DNA of 63,250 nucleotides, counting the filler, from an uncultured virus (IMG/VR IMGVR_UViG_2049941000_000294) (taxonomy: Duplodnaviria > Heunggongvirae > Uroviricota > Caudoviricetes). It is 10 parts of one record of this genome, joined end to end, with 100 filler letters (N's around TTAATTAATTAA, not from the genome) between each part and the next. Parts side by side here need not be neighbours in the genome. Positions count along the whole stretch, not along the records: positions 1 to 787 come from IMGVR_UViG_2049941000_000294; positions 888 to 1,907 come from IMGVR_UViG_2049941000_000294; positions 2,008 to 4,568 come from IMGVR_UViG_2049941000_000294; positions 4,669 to 9,572 come from IMGVR_UViG_2049941000_000294; positions 9,673 to 11,675 come from IMGVR_UViG_2049941000_000294; positions 11,776 to 14,262 come from IMGVR_UViG_2049941000_000294; 4 more parts are not named here. The stretch is one strand, 5' to 3'. Below the pieces are notes generated by a model. That model was given only the letters and a program-made list of their open reading frames with translations, was not told where the DNA came from and ran no database searches. Of the stretch, positions 1 through 12,113 are shown piece by piece. The position numbers and the translations under genes are program-made. Numbering within the stretch: the first letter of the stretch is position 1; the number at the start of each line of letters is the position of its first letter.

Positions 1-787
1 GTTTAACCAATTAACCAACGGTTAAACCGATAGACCTACCCCCACACGCTAAACAACGCGCATTTGCAAGCGTTTGAGCGGCGTTTAACGATTAACCAAG
101 AGTAACCGATAAACCATGCAGGCGGTTAATTTACAGGCTCATATCGCACGCAACAGCCCAGGCATCAAGGGAAGCGTTCAGCGAGTTGNNNNNNNNNNNN
201 NNNNNNNNNNNNNNNNNNNNNNNNNNNNNNNNNNNNNNNNNNNNNNNNNNNNNNNNNNNNNNNNNNNNNNNNNNNNNNNNNNNNNNNNNNNNNNNNNNNN
301 NNNNNNNNNNNNNNNNNNNNNNNNNNNNNNNNNNNNNNNNNNNNNNNNNNNNNNNNNNNNNNNNNNNNNNNNNNNNNNNNNNNNNNNNNNNNNNNNNNNN
401 NNNNNNNNNNNNNNNNNNNNNNNNNNNNNNNNNNNNNNNNNNNNNNNNNNNNNNNNNNNNNNNNNNNNNNNNNNNNNNNNNNNNNNNNNNNNNNNNNNNN
501 NNNNNNNNNNNNNNNNNNNNNNNNNNNNNNNNNNNNNNNNNNNNNNNNNNNNNNNNNNNNNNNNNNNNNNNNNNNNNNNNNTTTTTGACGGGCGGGGGAC
601 ACCGGGCGGCGGGGGTGCCCACGGCTCAATTTAACCGAGTTTAACCAATTAACCAACGGTTAAACCGATAGACACAGCCCCACACACTAAACAACGCGCA
701 TTTGCAAGCATTTGAGCGGTGTTTAACGATTAACCAAGAGCAACCGATAAACCATACAGGCGGTTAATTTACAGGCTCATATCGCAC
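1..787. repeat. Two near-identical copies (1-148 and 639-787) of a non-coding segment rich in TAACC/GGTTA motifs, with a G-rich block at 588-620
   Basis: Direct comparison of the two copies; no credible ORF. Confidence 0.8.
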
Positions 788-831
788 NNNNNNNNNNNNN
801 NNNNNNNNNNNNNNNNNNNNNNNNNNNNNNN

Positions 832-843
832 TTAATTAATTAA
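832..843. other. Artificial scaffold linker TTAATTAATTAA in N-runs (also 1952-1963, 4613-4624, 9617-9628, 11720-11731, 14307-14318, 37587-37598, 60998-61009, 62680-62691)
   Basis: Identical 12-mer with stops in all six frames, always embedded in N padding. Confidence 0.97.
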
Positions 844-1016
844 NNNNNNNNNNNNNNNNNNNNNNNNNNNNNNNNNNNNNNNNNNNNCCTTCTTGAAGCT
901 CGACGCCATCTACAAGCGCGAGAAAAAAGCCATCGCACCAATCGACGAAGAAAGCGTCGAGAACGAGGCGATGAAAATCGTGAACGAAATTGCACAGAAC
1001 TTTATAGGAAGATAAC

Positions 1017-1342
1017 ATGTCTACGAATGTATGCACTTTTTGTGGCCGCCTCGGCGACAATCCGGAAATCACGCTCTTGCCCACCGGCAAGGAACGCGTG
1101 CGCTTTTCCATCGCGGTCGACCGCAACTACAAGCGCGAAGACGGCACCAGGCCTAGCGACTGGATTCCGGTCGTCATCTGGGGTTCTGCGGCCTATGTGA
1201 AAAAGACCAACCTGGGCAAGGGCGACAAGGTGTGTGTCACCGGCCGCATCGAGATCAACGAGTGGACCGACGGCAACGGCATGCCGAAGCGCGGCTTTGT
1301 GCTCAAGTGCGACGGCATCGAACTGGTGCAGAAGAAACAGAG
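1017..1342 (+). CDS. ssb: Single-stranded DNA-binding protein, 3' end in gap (second start at 1858-1907)
   Basis: GRLGDNPE...FSIAVDR...DWIPVVIWG...KGDKVCVTGRI OB-fold pattern. Confidence 0.9.
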
Positions 1343-1358
1343 NNNNNNNNNNCGAAAT

Positions 1359-1853
1359 ATGGCTGATATCCAGGAAAAGGTAAACTATCTCTCAAGGCTG
1401 CTCCGCGTCCAGGTCATAGAGTTCCTGGTCAAGGAAGACCGCATCAAGCACGGTGCGGCACCGCTCGCCGACGAAGAACTTGAATTCTTCAAGCACGCGG
1501 TCAACAAGATGCCGTGCTGCACGGCGCAGCTGCGCAGGCTCTTTGACGACGCGCACGATATGCACGAAGAAAAAGGCATGTTCCCGCACGCCGTCACGGT
1601 GGGCGACCTGGAATGGTGCCTGAAGTACAGGATAATCGGCTACAGCAGCACGCAGAACGTGAAGCACTCCTGGCTTCCGAAAAAGGAAGACACCGAACTC
1701 CGCACGCTCCCGGCATTCCGGGCGCTTGCCGAAGTCTACCGCCCGCTCATCGCTACGGGCAAGAAAATCCTGCCGCCCGTTGACCGCAAGGCCATCGAAA
1801 GCGAGGCGCAGGCAATCATCAACCAAGTTTCAAACGCAATCAAGTTAGGATAA
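1359..1853 (+). CDS. Hypothetical phage protein upstream of ssb (homologous C-terminus at 889-1015)
   Basis: Open frame MADIQEKV...IKLG, followed directly by an ssb start in both variants. Confidence 0.7.
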   Translation: MADIQEKVNYLSRLLRVQVIEFLVKEDRIKHGAAPLADEELEFFKHAVNKMPCCTAQLRRLFDDAHDMHEEKGMFPHAVTVGDLEWCLKYRIIGYSSTQNVKHSWLPKKEDTELRTLPAFRALAEVYRPLIATGKKILPPVDRKAIESEAQAIINQVSNAIKLG

Positions 1854-2033
1854 TAGAATGTCTACGAATGTATGCACTTTTTGTGGCCGCCTCGGCGACA
1901 ATCCGGANNNNNNNNNNNNNNNNNNNNNNNNNNNNNNNNNNNNNNNNNNNNTTAATTAATTAANNNNNNNNNNNNNNNNNNNNNNNNNNNNNNNNNNNNN
2001 NNNNNNNCCGCAACTATTACCACAGGCACAAGA

Positions 2034-2405
2034 ATGACCCTGAATTTATTCGCAGACAGCGCGAGAGCACCAAACGCTGGAAAGAAAAGCACAAGGAAGC
2101 AAAATGACAGACAACGCATGGAAAAAGCAGGAATGGCGCGACGCGCACCTGCAAAAGCAGGAACCGGCACCGAAAATCGACAGGTGCAGCAAGTGCGGCA
2201 AGCGCAGGCCGGTAAGCCTGATGTCGGAAATCGGGTTCCAGGTGTACGCCTGCAGGCAGTGCCTGATGAACTGAAATACTACACCGAATGCCACCTGTGC
2301 GGGTTCCGCAAGTGGTGCACGATGGACAAGAACCAAAAGCCGATATGCATCGCGTGCGCGACATACGGCGTCAACCCAAGATTCACAAAGGACAAGTGCA
2401 GATAA
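2034..2405 (+). CDS. Hypothetical protein with C-terminal CxxC...CxxC zinc-finger motif
   Basis: CHLC and CIAC motifs; operon context. Confidence 0.55.
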   Translation: MTLNLFADSARAPNAGKKSTRKQNDRQRMEKAGMARRAPAKAGTGTENRQVQQVRQAQAGKPDVGNRVPGVRLQAVPDELKYYTECHLCGFRKWCTMDKNQKPICIACATYGVNPRFTKDKCR

Positions 2406-2888
2406 TGCAGACAATCGAAGAATACCAGCGCTACACCAGGCAGCTCGAAGGCGAAGTCAAAAAATGGCACGATGCCTTCGACGCAAGCGAGGTCATGAAC
2501 CGCGAACTCGCCGCCGAGAACAAACGCCTCAAGGAAAAATTCGCAAAACTCCACAAGACCATCTAAACCCAAAAGGACAACCAAGATGCAAATCCAAATC
2601 ACAAAAACCGACTGCGTGAAAATCGTAAACGAAAATTTACGGGGGGGGGGGGAAACCTTCAAAAACCCGGGGNNNNNNNNNNTGGCGGACTGCACACTCG
2701 CTGGGAACGGATTTTCGCGAAGGCCCTTGTTGCCCTCTATGACGACAAGCCGAAGGAGCAGGGCGCGATAAACGCCGAACTGAACATTCTCCGGAACTTC
2801 GTGCAGGGCGTGAGCGCACGCCTGGGAAAGGCCGAGAANNNNNNNNNNGAAACCGCTGAAGAAAAAACCGAAGAACAGGAGGAAGAAA

Positions 2889-3084
2889 ATGCGTAACGAA
2901 CTGATGATTGATATCGAAACCACCGGACAGCGGGTCGGTTGCAAGGTCTTGAGCCTCGGAGCCTTCGGCTTCAACAAGGAAGGCCAGCAGGTCGATTTCT
3001 ATAAGCGCTTCAACGCAACCGTGCAGGCCGACGAAGGCCTTGTTGACGACGACTCGACGATGGAATGGTGGAACCGCCAGGACC
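2889..3084 (+). CDS. DEDD 3'-5' exonuclease, N-terminal fragment
   Basis: MIDIETTG motif; homologous to the full copy at 52777-53316. Confidence 0.8.
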
Positions 3085-3144
3085 NNNNNNNNNNNNNNNN
3101 NNNNNNNNNNNNNNNNNNNNNNNNNNNNNNNNNNNNNNNNNNNN

Positions 3145-3946
3145 GGCCAAGAAGGCCGCAGAGGCCAAGGTGAAGAAGCTCCAGGAAGAAGGCAGGAACG
3201 CAAGAATCGGGAAGTTCTCCAGCTACGGTGTAGACTGCATGGACGAAGCCGACAAGTTTGAAATCGACAAGTATGACAGCAAGGGGCAGGAACAGGCCAA
3301 GGAAGCAGNNNNNNNNNNNNNNNNNNNNNNNNNNNNNNNNNNNNNNNNNNNNNNNNNNNNNNNNNNNNNNNNNNNNNNNNNNNNNNNNNNNNNNNNNNNN
3401 NNNNNNNNNNNNNNNNNNNNNNNNNNNNNNNNNNNNNNNNNNNNNNNNNNNNNNNNNNNNNNNNNNNNNNNNNNNNNNNNNNNNNNNNNNNNNNNNNNNN
3501 NNNNNNNNNNNNNNNNNNNNNNNNNNNNNNNNNNNNNNNNNNNNNNNNNNNNNNNNNNNNNNNNNNNNNNNNNNNNNNNNNNNNNNNNNNNNNNNNNNNN
3601 NNNNNNNNNNNNNNNNNNNNNNNNNNNNNNNNNNNNNNNNNNNNNNNNNNNNNNNNNNNNNNNNNNNNNNNNNNNNNNNNNNNNNNNNNNNNNNNNNNNN
3701 NNNNNNNNNNNNNNNNNNNNNNNNNNNNNNNNNNNNNNNNNNNNNNNNNNNNNNNNNNNNNNNNNNNNNNNNNNNNNNNNNNNNNNNNNNNNNNNNNNNN
3801 NNNNNNNNNNNNNNNNNNNNNNNNNNNNNNNNNNNNNNNNNNNNNNNGATGAAGTCGAAGACGAAATCAAGCGCCAGGACGAAGAACGTGCGAAGAACAA
3901 ATCCGAAGACGATGATGACGATCTTGAAAACGAGGAGGAAGAATAA
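3145..3946 (+). CDS. Fragments of the acidic C-terminal part of a probable ParB-like protein (second phage)
   Basis: Lies between the exonuclease and clamp-like genes, as 51093-52485 does; similar acidic tail (ENEEE). Confidence 0.45.
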
Positions 3947-4568
3947 TGGCTAAGGAAAAGACCGAATTCGAAATTCGTGCCAACACATTAAAGGCGATGG
4001 CCAAGCAGTGCACCGCCAAGGTCAAGGACGGACGCCCCGCACTCATGGCCGTGTTCATCGACCGTATGAGCGAGAACGCCTATGCGATTGACGGTTACAA
4101 GACTGCCATCCTCGACATGTACGACCACATGGGCCCCGCCGAAATCAACGAACTGGCTTTCTACGCCGACATGCAGGCAATCGAGTTTACCAACGGATTC
4201 GCCCTGGTATCCGCGAAGAAGAAGGAAACTTTCGTCAAGAACTTTGGCAACGGTTTAGCCGACGCCGACACCAAGCGCTTCGACTACCCCAACATCATGA
4301 ACATTCTCCCGAAGGTCGACGACCTCAAGCACGTAACCAGCACTCACGCGAATTTCTTGCCGAGCGCTCTTGTCGCAATCGACAAGGTCGTGACGGCCGC
4401 AGAGCAGAACACATCTTGCTCGGTAACCGAGAGGCTGTATGGTGAAAGGGAATGCTCCATTCACGTCGCCTTTTACAAGGGACTCCTTGTCGGCGTGATG
4501 CCGTATCACACTCCGGAACAGTTCCTCGAAGAAATGCCGAGCCGTGGCCACTATTTCGATGCCATCAG
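3946..4568 (+). CDS. Hypothetical protein, beta-sliding-clamp-like; homolog of 50391-51089
   Basis: AYAIDGY, ELAFYADMQ and YPN motifs shared with 50391-51089. Confidence 0.6.
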
Positions 4569-4668
4569 NNNNNNNNNNNNNNNNNNNNNNNNNNNNNNNN
4601 NNNNNNNNNNNNTTAATTAATTAANNNNNNNNNNNNNNNNNNNNNNNNNNNNNNNNNNNNNNNNNNNN

Positions 4669-4953
4669 GGCCTCATCTACAGCGAACTCAAGACGGCAAA
4701 GGAAAAACACCCGAAATTCTGCGAAGATTTTACCGACGACCTTACCGGAATGAAGTGGCAAGAATACGAAGACAATATCAAGGCCCGTAACGAAGACCAC
4801 GCACCGACAGCAGAAAGCATACTGATGGAAGAAATTGCCGAAGCGTTCAACGCCTACCAGCACGGCGACCTGGAAAACAGCATGGCGGAATTTGCACAGT
4901 GCGGAGCCGTGATCCTACGAATGATGGAATATGTAGCAAAGGAAATGAAATGA
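4669..4953 (+). CDS. MazG-like all-alpha NTP pyrophosphohydrolase (partial)
   Basis: ILMEEIAEA...AEFAQCGAV EExxE pattern. Confidence 0.55.
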   Translation, partial: GLIYSELKTAKEKHPKFCEDFTDDLTGMKWQEYEDNIKARNEDHAPTAESILMEEIAEAFNAYQHGDLENSMAEFAQCGAVILRMMEYVAKEMK

Positions 4954-6156
4954 TTTGTCAACTAACCGCTGCGCAGGCNNNNNNNNNNNNNNNNNNNNNN
5001 NNNNNNNNNNNNNNNNNNNNNNNNNNNNNNNNNNNNNNNNNNNNNNNNNNNNNNNNNNNNNNNNNNNNNNNNNNNNNNNNNNNNNNNNNNNNNNNNNNNN
5101 NNNNNNNNNNNNNNNNNNNNNNNNNNNNNNNNNNNNNNNNNNNNNNNNNNNNNNNNNNNNNNNNNNNNNNNNNNNNNNNNNNNNNNNNNNNNNNNNNNNN
5201 NNNNNNNNNNNNNNNNNNNNNNNNNNNNNNNNNNNNNNNNNNNNNNNNNNNNNNNNNNNNNNNNNNNNNNNNNNNNNNNNNNNNNNNNNNNNNNNNNNNN
5301 NNNNNNNNNNNNNNNNNNNNNNNNNNNNNNNNNNNNNNNNNNNNNNNNNNNNNNNNNNNNNNNNNNNNNNNNNNNNNNNNNNNNNNNNNNNNNNNNNNNN
5401 NNNNNNNNNNNNNNNNNNNNNNNNNNNNNNNNNNNNNNNNNNNNNNNNNNNNNNNNNNNNNNNNNNNNNNNNNNNNNNNNNNNNNNNNNNNNNNNNNNNN
5501 NNNNNNNNNNNNNNNNNNNNNNNNNNNNNNNNNNNNTGTTCCTGTTGCTTAATCGAACTATTTATCAAGAATGACAAGATGAACAAACTCTGCAACAGCG
5601 AGGTAGACACATGACAACTTATTTTTTCATAGGATTAGCTTTCGGATACGTCGTCGCACTGGTAATTGTTTTAACAAGGAAGTAATCATGGAAGAACTTA
5701 AACTTATTGACGTCGCACTCATTTTCGCGCTTGTCATCAACGGCATTCTGATCGGGCTCGCGCTCTTTTTGAAACGCGAAGAAGATTTCTGGAAGATGAT
5801 GTACAACTATTCTGAAAGACAAAACAACAAACTATTCGAAGACAACAAGAAACTCGCAGATGAACTCAAGAGGCGAGATGATGGCTAGAGATTGCANNNN
5901 NNNNNNNNNNNNNNNNNNNNNNNNNNNNNNNNNNNNNNNNNNNNNNNNNNNNNNNNNNNNNNNNNNNNNNNNNNNNNNNNNNNNNNNNNNNNNNNNNNNN
6001 NNNNNNNNNNNNNNNNNNNNNNAAAGTGCATCTACTTTATATGTATGCACCCGAAGTACAACGATAGTTTCGGATGCCAACTAGATCCATATTGTTCGTG
6101 GATCCAATACAAAGAAAAGAAAGTCTGCAAGAATTACGAAGAAAAGGAGGCATGAT

Positions 6157-6447
6157 ATGGAGCAGGAAACCATCACAATCTTCGGCAGCGGCAGCCTTGC
6201 CGTCACCGACAAAGCCAACATTATTTCTCCTAAACACTATTCCTGGACGCCTTCAGAAAAAGAAGTTCCAAACGACAACAGAACAATATTCATCGTAAAA
6301 GATAGATGCCATTTCATCGGATTTTACGAAGGTGGAAAATTCTGGGACTCCGAACAAAAAGACATTCCCATAAACAAAAGACTGAAAAGGACTGAAATAA
6401 AACAACCTTTGCACTGGATAGATTATCCGGAGGACAACTCGCCATGA
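6157..6447 (+). CDS. Hypothetical phage protein
   Basis: AGGAGG RBS upstream; overlaps the next gene. Confidence 0.6.
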   Translation: MEQETITIFGSGSLAVTDKANIISPKHYSWTPSEKEVPNDNRTIFIVKDRCHFIGFYEGGKFWDSEQKDIPINKRLKRTEIKQPLHWIDYPEDNSP

Positions 6448-6665
6448 AGAACATCGTCGGCAAAGATAGGATGACCATGCAGGAGTGTGTCGATTTCTTC
6501 GGGTTCTCCCGGCAGAAAATCGGCAGACTCATCGCGAAGTCAAAACTCAAGAAACTTGTCCCGCCATTCCCGTTTATCGACTTGACCGGCAGCGACAAGC
6601 GGCACGTCTACTATTTCGACAAGGAAGCAGTTTCTTCCTGGGTCGAAGCAAATAGTATGGGATAG
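6444..6665 (+). CDS. Small HTH protein, probable excisionase
   Basis: MTMQECVDFFGFSRQKI helix-turn-helix directly upstream of the integrase. Confidence 0.65.
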   Translation: MKNIVGKDRMTMQECVDFFGFSRQKIGRLIAKSKLKKLVPPFPFIDLTGSDKRHVYYFDKEAVSSWVEANSMG

Positions 6666-6669
6666 CATC

Positions 6670-7854
6670 ATGAAACGCTACAGCATATTCCAGAAGCACA
6701 AGGCGAAGGGCAACATGACCTGGTACGGCCGTATTTCGGAAAGCGGCCTGTTCCACGTCGTTTCGCTCGGCACAAAGAAGAAGGCCGATGCCGTCGCATG
6801 GCTCGACCTGATGAACGCGCAGAAGTTTCTCCCGGAAGGGATGGCCAAGGAAAAGCCCGACGCGAACCTTGTGGAACTCTCTCGCAAGTTCATCGACTCT
6901 TGCGAGACAGCCAACAGCGCAAGCGACGCAACGCTTCGCGCTTACCAGTTGCGCATCTCGTATTTTCTGGAATGGGCCGCGCAAAACGGCAAGAGCCTCG
7001 TTTCGCAGGTCAGCGACAAGGACGCCGTCGATTTTTCCACGCTCATTGCAACACGATACGCCCCGAAGACAGCCGGNNNNNNNNNNNNNNNNNNNNNNNN
7101 NNNNNNNNNNNNNNNNNNNNNNNNNNNNNNNNNNNNNNNNNNNNNNNNNNNNNNNNNNNNNNNNNNNNNNNNNNNNNNNNNNNNNNNNNNNNNNNNNNNN
7201 NNNNNNNNNNNNNNNNNNNNNNNNNNNNNNNNNNNNNNNNNNNNNNNNNNNNNNNNNNNNNNNNNNNNNNNNNNNNNNNNNNNNNNNNNNNNNNNNNNNN
7301 NNNNNNNNNNNNNNNNNNNNNNNNNNNNNNNNNNNNNNNNNNNNNNNNNNNNNNNNNNNNNNNNNNNNNNNNNNNNNNNNNNNNNNNNNNNNNNNNNNNN
7401 NNNNNNNNNNNNNNNNNNNNNNNNNNNNNNNNNNNNNNNNNNNNNNNNNNNNNNNNNNNNNNNNNNNNNNNNNNNNNNNNNNNNNNNNNNNNNNNNNNNN
7501 NNNNNNNNNNNNNNNNNNNNNNNNCGAATACGTGCGCAAGCCCAAGCTGAAGCAGAGCGCGAAAGGCTTCTGGACCCAGGACGAAATCAACGCGATCCTC
7601 GCGGCCGCACCGAGCACGGAATACCGCAAGTTCTGGGCGCTCATGGCGTTTGCAGGGCTTCGCTATTTTGAGGCCCGCGACCTACGCTGGAAGGACATCG
7701 CAGACGGCAAGATTACGCTTGTCGGCAAGGGCGGGAAACTCGCTACCGTGCCCGTATCGAAACGCCTGCAAAACGAAATGGGCACGCCAGGAAACCCGGA
7801 CGCCACTATCGTCGCCGCAGGCACGTTCGCCAACAACACAAGCAGCATCCGAGC
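6670..7854 (+). CDS. int: Tyrosine integrase (two fragments across a gap)
   Basis: ALMAFAGLRYFEA and GKGGK motifs; homologous to 44941-45939. Confidence 0.88.
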
Positions 7855-9213
7855 NNNNNNNNNNAAGAAAGAACACCTGACGCAATCTCCTCTCCGACGT
7901 CAGTAAACATACCCCACCCGATTACAGGATTTTCCTCGTCGGGCTGGTTGTTGAGCAACAACATGTACGAGCCCATTCTTGACTTCAACGTAGATTCAAC
8001 AACGACGCGGTTGCTCGTCGAGTTGTAGACATCCGTGAAAGTCAGCGCATTCTGCTTCCCACCAATAGCTTCTCCTATCGGATAGTCCTGCCCTGCAAAC
8101 CTGTAGTTGGCCGCGGATGCNNNNNNNNNNNNNNNNNNNNNNNNNNNNNNNNNNNNNNNNNNNNNNNNNNNNNNNNNNNNNNNNNNNNNNNNNNNNNNNN
8201 NNNNNNNNNNNNNNNNNNNNNNNNNNNNNNNNNNNNNNNNNNNNNNNNNNNNNNNNNNNNNNNNNNNNNNNNNNNNNNNNNNNNNNNNNNNNNNNNNNNN
8301 NNNNNNNNNNNNNNNNNNNNNNNNNNNNNNNNNNNNNNNNNNNNNNNNNNNNNNNNNNNNNNNNNNNNNNNNNNNNNNNNNNNNNNNNNNNNNNNNNNNN
8401 NNNNNNNNNNNNNNNNNNNNNNNNNNNNNNNNNNNNNNNNNNNNNNNNNNNNNNNNNNNNNNNNNNNNNNNNNNNNNNNNNNNNNNNNNNNNNNNNNNNN
8501 NNNNNNNNNNNNNNNNNNNNNNNNNNNNNNNNNNNNNNNNNNNNNNNNNNNNNNNNNNNNNNNNNNNNNNNNNNNNNNNNNNNNNNNNNNNNNNNNNNNN
8601 NNNNNNNNNNNNNNNNNNNNNNNNNNNNNNNNNNNNNNNNNNNNNNNNNNNNNNNNNNNNNNNNNNNNNNNNNNNNNNNNNNNNNNNNNNNNNNNNNNNN
8701 NNNNNNNNNNNNNNNNNNNNNNNNNNNNNNNNNNNNNNNNNNNNNNNNNNNNNNNNNNNNNNNNNNNNNNNNNNNNNNNNNNNNNNNNNNNNNNNNNNNN
8801 NNNNNNNNNNNNNNNNNNNNNNNNNNNNNNNNNNNNNNNNNNNNNNNNNNNNNNNNNNNNNNNNNNNNNNNNNNNNNNNNNNNNNNNNNNNNNNNNNNNN
8901 NNNNNNNNNNNNNNNNNNNNNNNNNNNNNNNNNNNNNNNNNNNNNNNNNNNNNNNNNNNNNNNNNNNNNNNNNNNNNNNNNNNNNNNNNNNNNNNNNNNN
9001 NNNNNNNNNNNNNNNNNNNNNNNNNNNNNNNNNNNNNNNNNNNNNNNNNNNNNNNNNNNNNNNNNNNNNNNNNNNNNNNNNNNNNCTCCTTTTTTTGTGT
9101 TTTTGCGTAGTTCTGCGAGAAAATTCCTCGCAAACACGCGCCTTTCACCTGTCCGTCCACTCAAACCTGAACAGCTTGGAATTTGTGCTTGTGAGGGCGT
9201 CGTNNNNNNNNNN

Positions 9214-9572
9214 TTGTTTCGCCACGCGATGGGACGGATCCACACCATGCCCGTGCTCGTCGCCGCGCTCGTGCACTTGCTCGTACCTCCTCCGGCTTCC
9301 ACCATTAGGCCGTCACCAATGCACATGGCGACGTGCGTTATATGCTCGACGTCCTTGCCGAAGAAAAGCACGTCCGCGTCCTTCTCGCCGCCCTTGGCTA
9401 CCTTCTTCCAGCTCTTCTTCTTGAGCGCCTTGTAGATGCCCTGCGCAGTCATGTCGCCCTTCGGCAAGACGCCAAAAGCCCACAAGCACTCGAGGACGAG
9501 GCCCGAGCAGTCGAAACCGCCGCCGCACTTGCCGGAGCCATCGCCGCCCCATACGTAGGTCAAGGCCCGTAA
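9214..9572 (-). CDS. NlpC/P60 (C40) peptidase, partial
   Basis: YVWGG...FDCSGLV...HVAM catalytic Cys/His. Confidence 0.9.
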
Positions 9573-9672
9573 NNNNNNNNNNNNNNNNNNNNNNNNNNNN
9601 NNNNNNNNNNNNNNNNTTAATTAATTAANNNNNNNNNNNNNNNNNNNNNNNNNNNNNNNNNNNNNNNNNNNN

Positions 9673-9882
9673 CTTCTCGTCGCCCACCTGGTCGACGAAG
9701 CAGTCCACCGCCACGCCACCCGAACGGAAGTTGGTGACGAACCCCTTGTAGAACTTGAACCGGAAGCACCCCTCGTCGGTGTGGATGTCAACACCGACAT
9801 CCTCGGCCACCTTGTAGAGGCGGTTGCCGATGGGCGTGACCTTCAGCATCTGCGGGTATGCTATTACGACCTTTACCTTCAT
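9673..9882 (-). CDS. DUF1353-like phage protein, N-terminal part
   Basis: GFVTNFRS resembles the GFxTDxAS motif; follows the small membrane protein, as 44258-44773 does. Confidence 0.5.
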
Positions 9883-10145
9883 AGCGGCCTCTCTTCGGGA
9901 GTGTGGCTCGGGCTGCTGCGTGTGATCATGGAAAGCTGTCCCTGTATCACTCCGAGCTGGTGCTTGATTTCTCCCATTCCCGATTCCAGCTTGTCCATTC
10001 CCGATTCCAGCTTGTCGAAGCGGTCGTTGCCCTCGTTCAGCCTCTTCTCGAGGTCTTTCACGCGGGTGTACAACCAGAAGATAAGGAGCATTGCGGGGTA
10101 CCCCAGCACGTTCCCGATGTCACCGAAAATTGAAAGCGTGTCCAT
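9879..10145 (-). CDS. Small membrane protein with coiled-coil tail (holin-like)
   Basis: N-terminal hydrophobic GNVLGYPAMLLIFWLY; homolog at 43924-44139; 21-bp tandem duplication at 9975-10016 (DKLESGM x2). Confidence 0.65.
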   Translation of the reverse strand: MDTLSIFGDIGNVLGYPAMLLIFWLYTRVKDLEKRLNEGNDRFDKLESGMDKLESGMGEIKHQLGVIQGQLSMITRSSPSHTPEERPL

Positions 10146-10148
10146 ACG

Positions 10149-11675
10149 CTACCTCTCCGCAATCAGCGCGGCGAACGACACGGACTCGACAGTCTTGTTG
10201 ACGCCGCTGTACACGAACTTGCGCATGCCGTACGGCTCGATAGTCATCGTCACTCCGTTTCCATCGACAATTTGCCACTGATGACTGCTGTTGTACCATA
10301 CCGTATAGTAGGTCACGCTCTTGCTCTCGCTGCTGTTGTTGAACACGTACTTCGTCTGCCCCTTGTGTGTCCACTCGCTAGCCTTCTGCCAGTTGCCGCC
10401 ACTCTCGCCGTTGGCGCCCAGGATGACCACGTTGTCCAAGTCCGTGTCGGCAGCACCGTAGAACGGAATCGTGCGCACCTTGGAAAGCGTGCCCACGGTC
10501 GTTCCGTCCGGGCTGATTTCCGACCAGAACTCGATGCCGTCCGGTCCGATTACGACTTCCTCGATGCCGTAGTCGTCCTGCCCAGACAACACCTTCTTGC
10601 GAACGATTGCGATGCAGTCTTTGGCGTCAATCGTAGCTTTCGGCTGTCCTTCGGCAGGGTTGTGTGTGTACGCACGCACCCACTTGTTTACGAGAACGCG
10701 AGAGTCTCCATCACCACCTCCAACATCAATAGTCCCGTCATAGAACGTGGCGTCGAAAGGTCCGTTATTAGAAGTTCTCGCTATACCAAACTTCAGCACG
10801 TTATTTTCCGTGAACTTGATTCCTCCGTTGTAGGCAAACTCGGCCTTGTATCCGGTAGGTTCTCCTCCACCGTCGACCACCTCAAACTTGAGCTTGTTGC
10901 CGTTTAGCACCGCCCTTCCACCNNNNNNNNNNGAATGATAAGTTCTGAAATCGACCCGGTAGCGAACAGCGCGAAAATCTCCGACAGCGTCCAGACCCTG
11001 TTGCGGTCGCTGCCCGTGCCGTGCTGCGCGTACACCATGTCCGTGAGTGCGGGCGTGTCGGTCGGGTGTGCGCTCTCCTGCTCCTGCCTCATGAGGTCGA
11101 GGCTGGTGATGCTTTCCTCGAAAGTCTCTTGTTCGTTGTTGTCTGCCATAATGCGTTCTCCTATTTGATTGTCGTGACGACTACGTATTCGTTATAATTG
11201 ATTACCGCTCCAGGGTTAGATGTCTTCCAGTACATGATTTCCCACGTACGGCTACCGTTCGCAGGTACACTTCCGAGCGATGCGATGTTGAGTCTTCCGT
11301 CATCCCACTCTCTCGGGTCTCCCGATTTTGGCGTCTCGGTCAATACGCCATCAACCCATATATTTCCATGATTGAAATAAGCCTCGCTGTTTACTCGTCC
11401 TCCGGCCTGAATCTGTACGTTTCCCGACGACCCATTACGAATGTTGTTTAGAGTCAGTCGGATTCTAACCCTTTGCGGCCATTCGCGCCTTACATTTTGC
11501 GACATCCATCCTCTAGCTGGATGCATGGTGAAGTAGTCGGTCGCCATGTTCGAAAACTTTCCGACGTTGATGATGTCGAGAACAGGAGATCTGCTTGGCA
11601 GCGTATTAAAATCATCATGACCCATCGCCTTGTAGACAATCTGGTCGAGGAACTGCTGCCCCTGCATATCACCAC
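10149..11675 (-). CDS. Cluster of tail-region structural protein fragments (10149-10922, 10933-11149, 11161-11675)
   Basis: Long beta-rich ORFs directly upstream of the lysis genes. Confidence 0.5.
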
Positions 11676-11775
11676 NNNNNNNNNNNNNNNNNNNNNNNNN
11701 NNNNNNNNNNNNNNNNNNNTTAATTAATTAANNNNNNNNNNNNNNNNNNNNNNNNNNNNNNNNNNNNNNNNNNNN

Positions 11776-12104
11776 ACCAGTAAAGAACGGCACTGCGGCA
11801 CCGACAGTCTTGTACAGCACGTAGCACTTATTTCCACGCACGCTCGCCACGACACCGAGTGCGGTAAATCCCGCCGCAGACATCTTGGCGTCGTCAACGG
11901 TATCTCCGGAAACGAACGTCACCGAGCCTTCGGCAACACCGCTGCCAGGAGTGGCCGTGCTGTACACGCTCGTTGTCGGAACATACACCGCGTCGCCCTG
12001 CTTGGGACGCGAAACAACAACGTTCACGCCGTCGAAGTGCACCTTGCCGGAGTCGGCCTCGAGCGAAACCGTGCTCTTGCCGAGAGCCGCACGGGCAGAA
12101 GCGT
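11776..12104 (-). CDS. DGR target protein, internal N-proximal fragment (third allele)
   Basis: GVNVVVSRPKQGDAVYVPTTSVYS...CYVLYK nearly identical to 18920-19129 and 21225-21470. Confidence 0.85.
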
Positions 12105-12113
12105 NNNNNNNNN

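Noticed and set aside
832..843. Recurrent TTAATTAATTAA palindrome as a biological repeat
   Set aside because: Scaffold-joining linker, always inside N padding.
1029..1041. GTATGCACTTTTT match to the att arm repeat
   Set aside because: Single copy inside ssb codons (VCTF); probably coincidental.
9975..10016. 21-bp tandem repeat as a regulatory element
   Set aside because: In-frame heptad duplication in a coiled coil.
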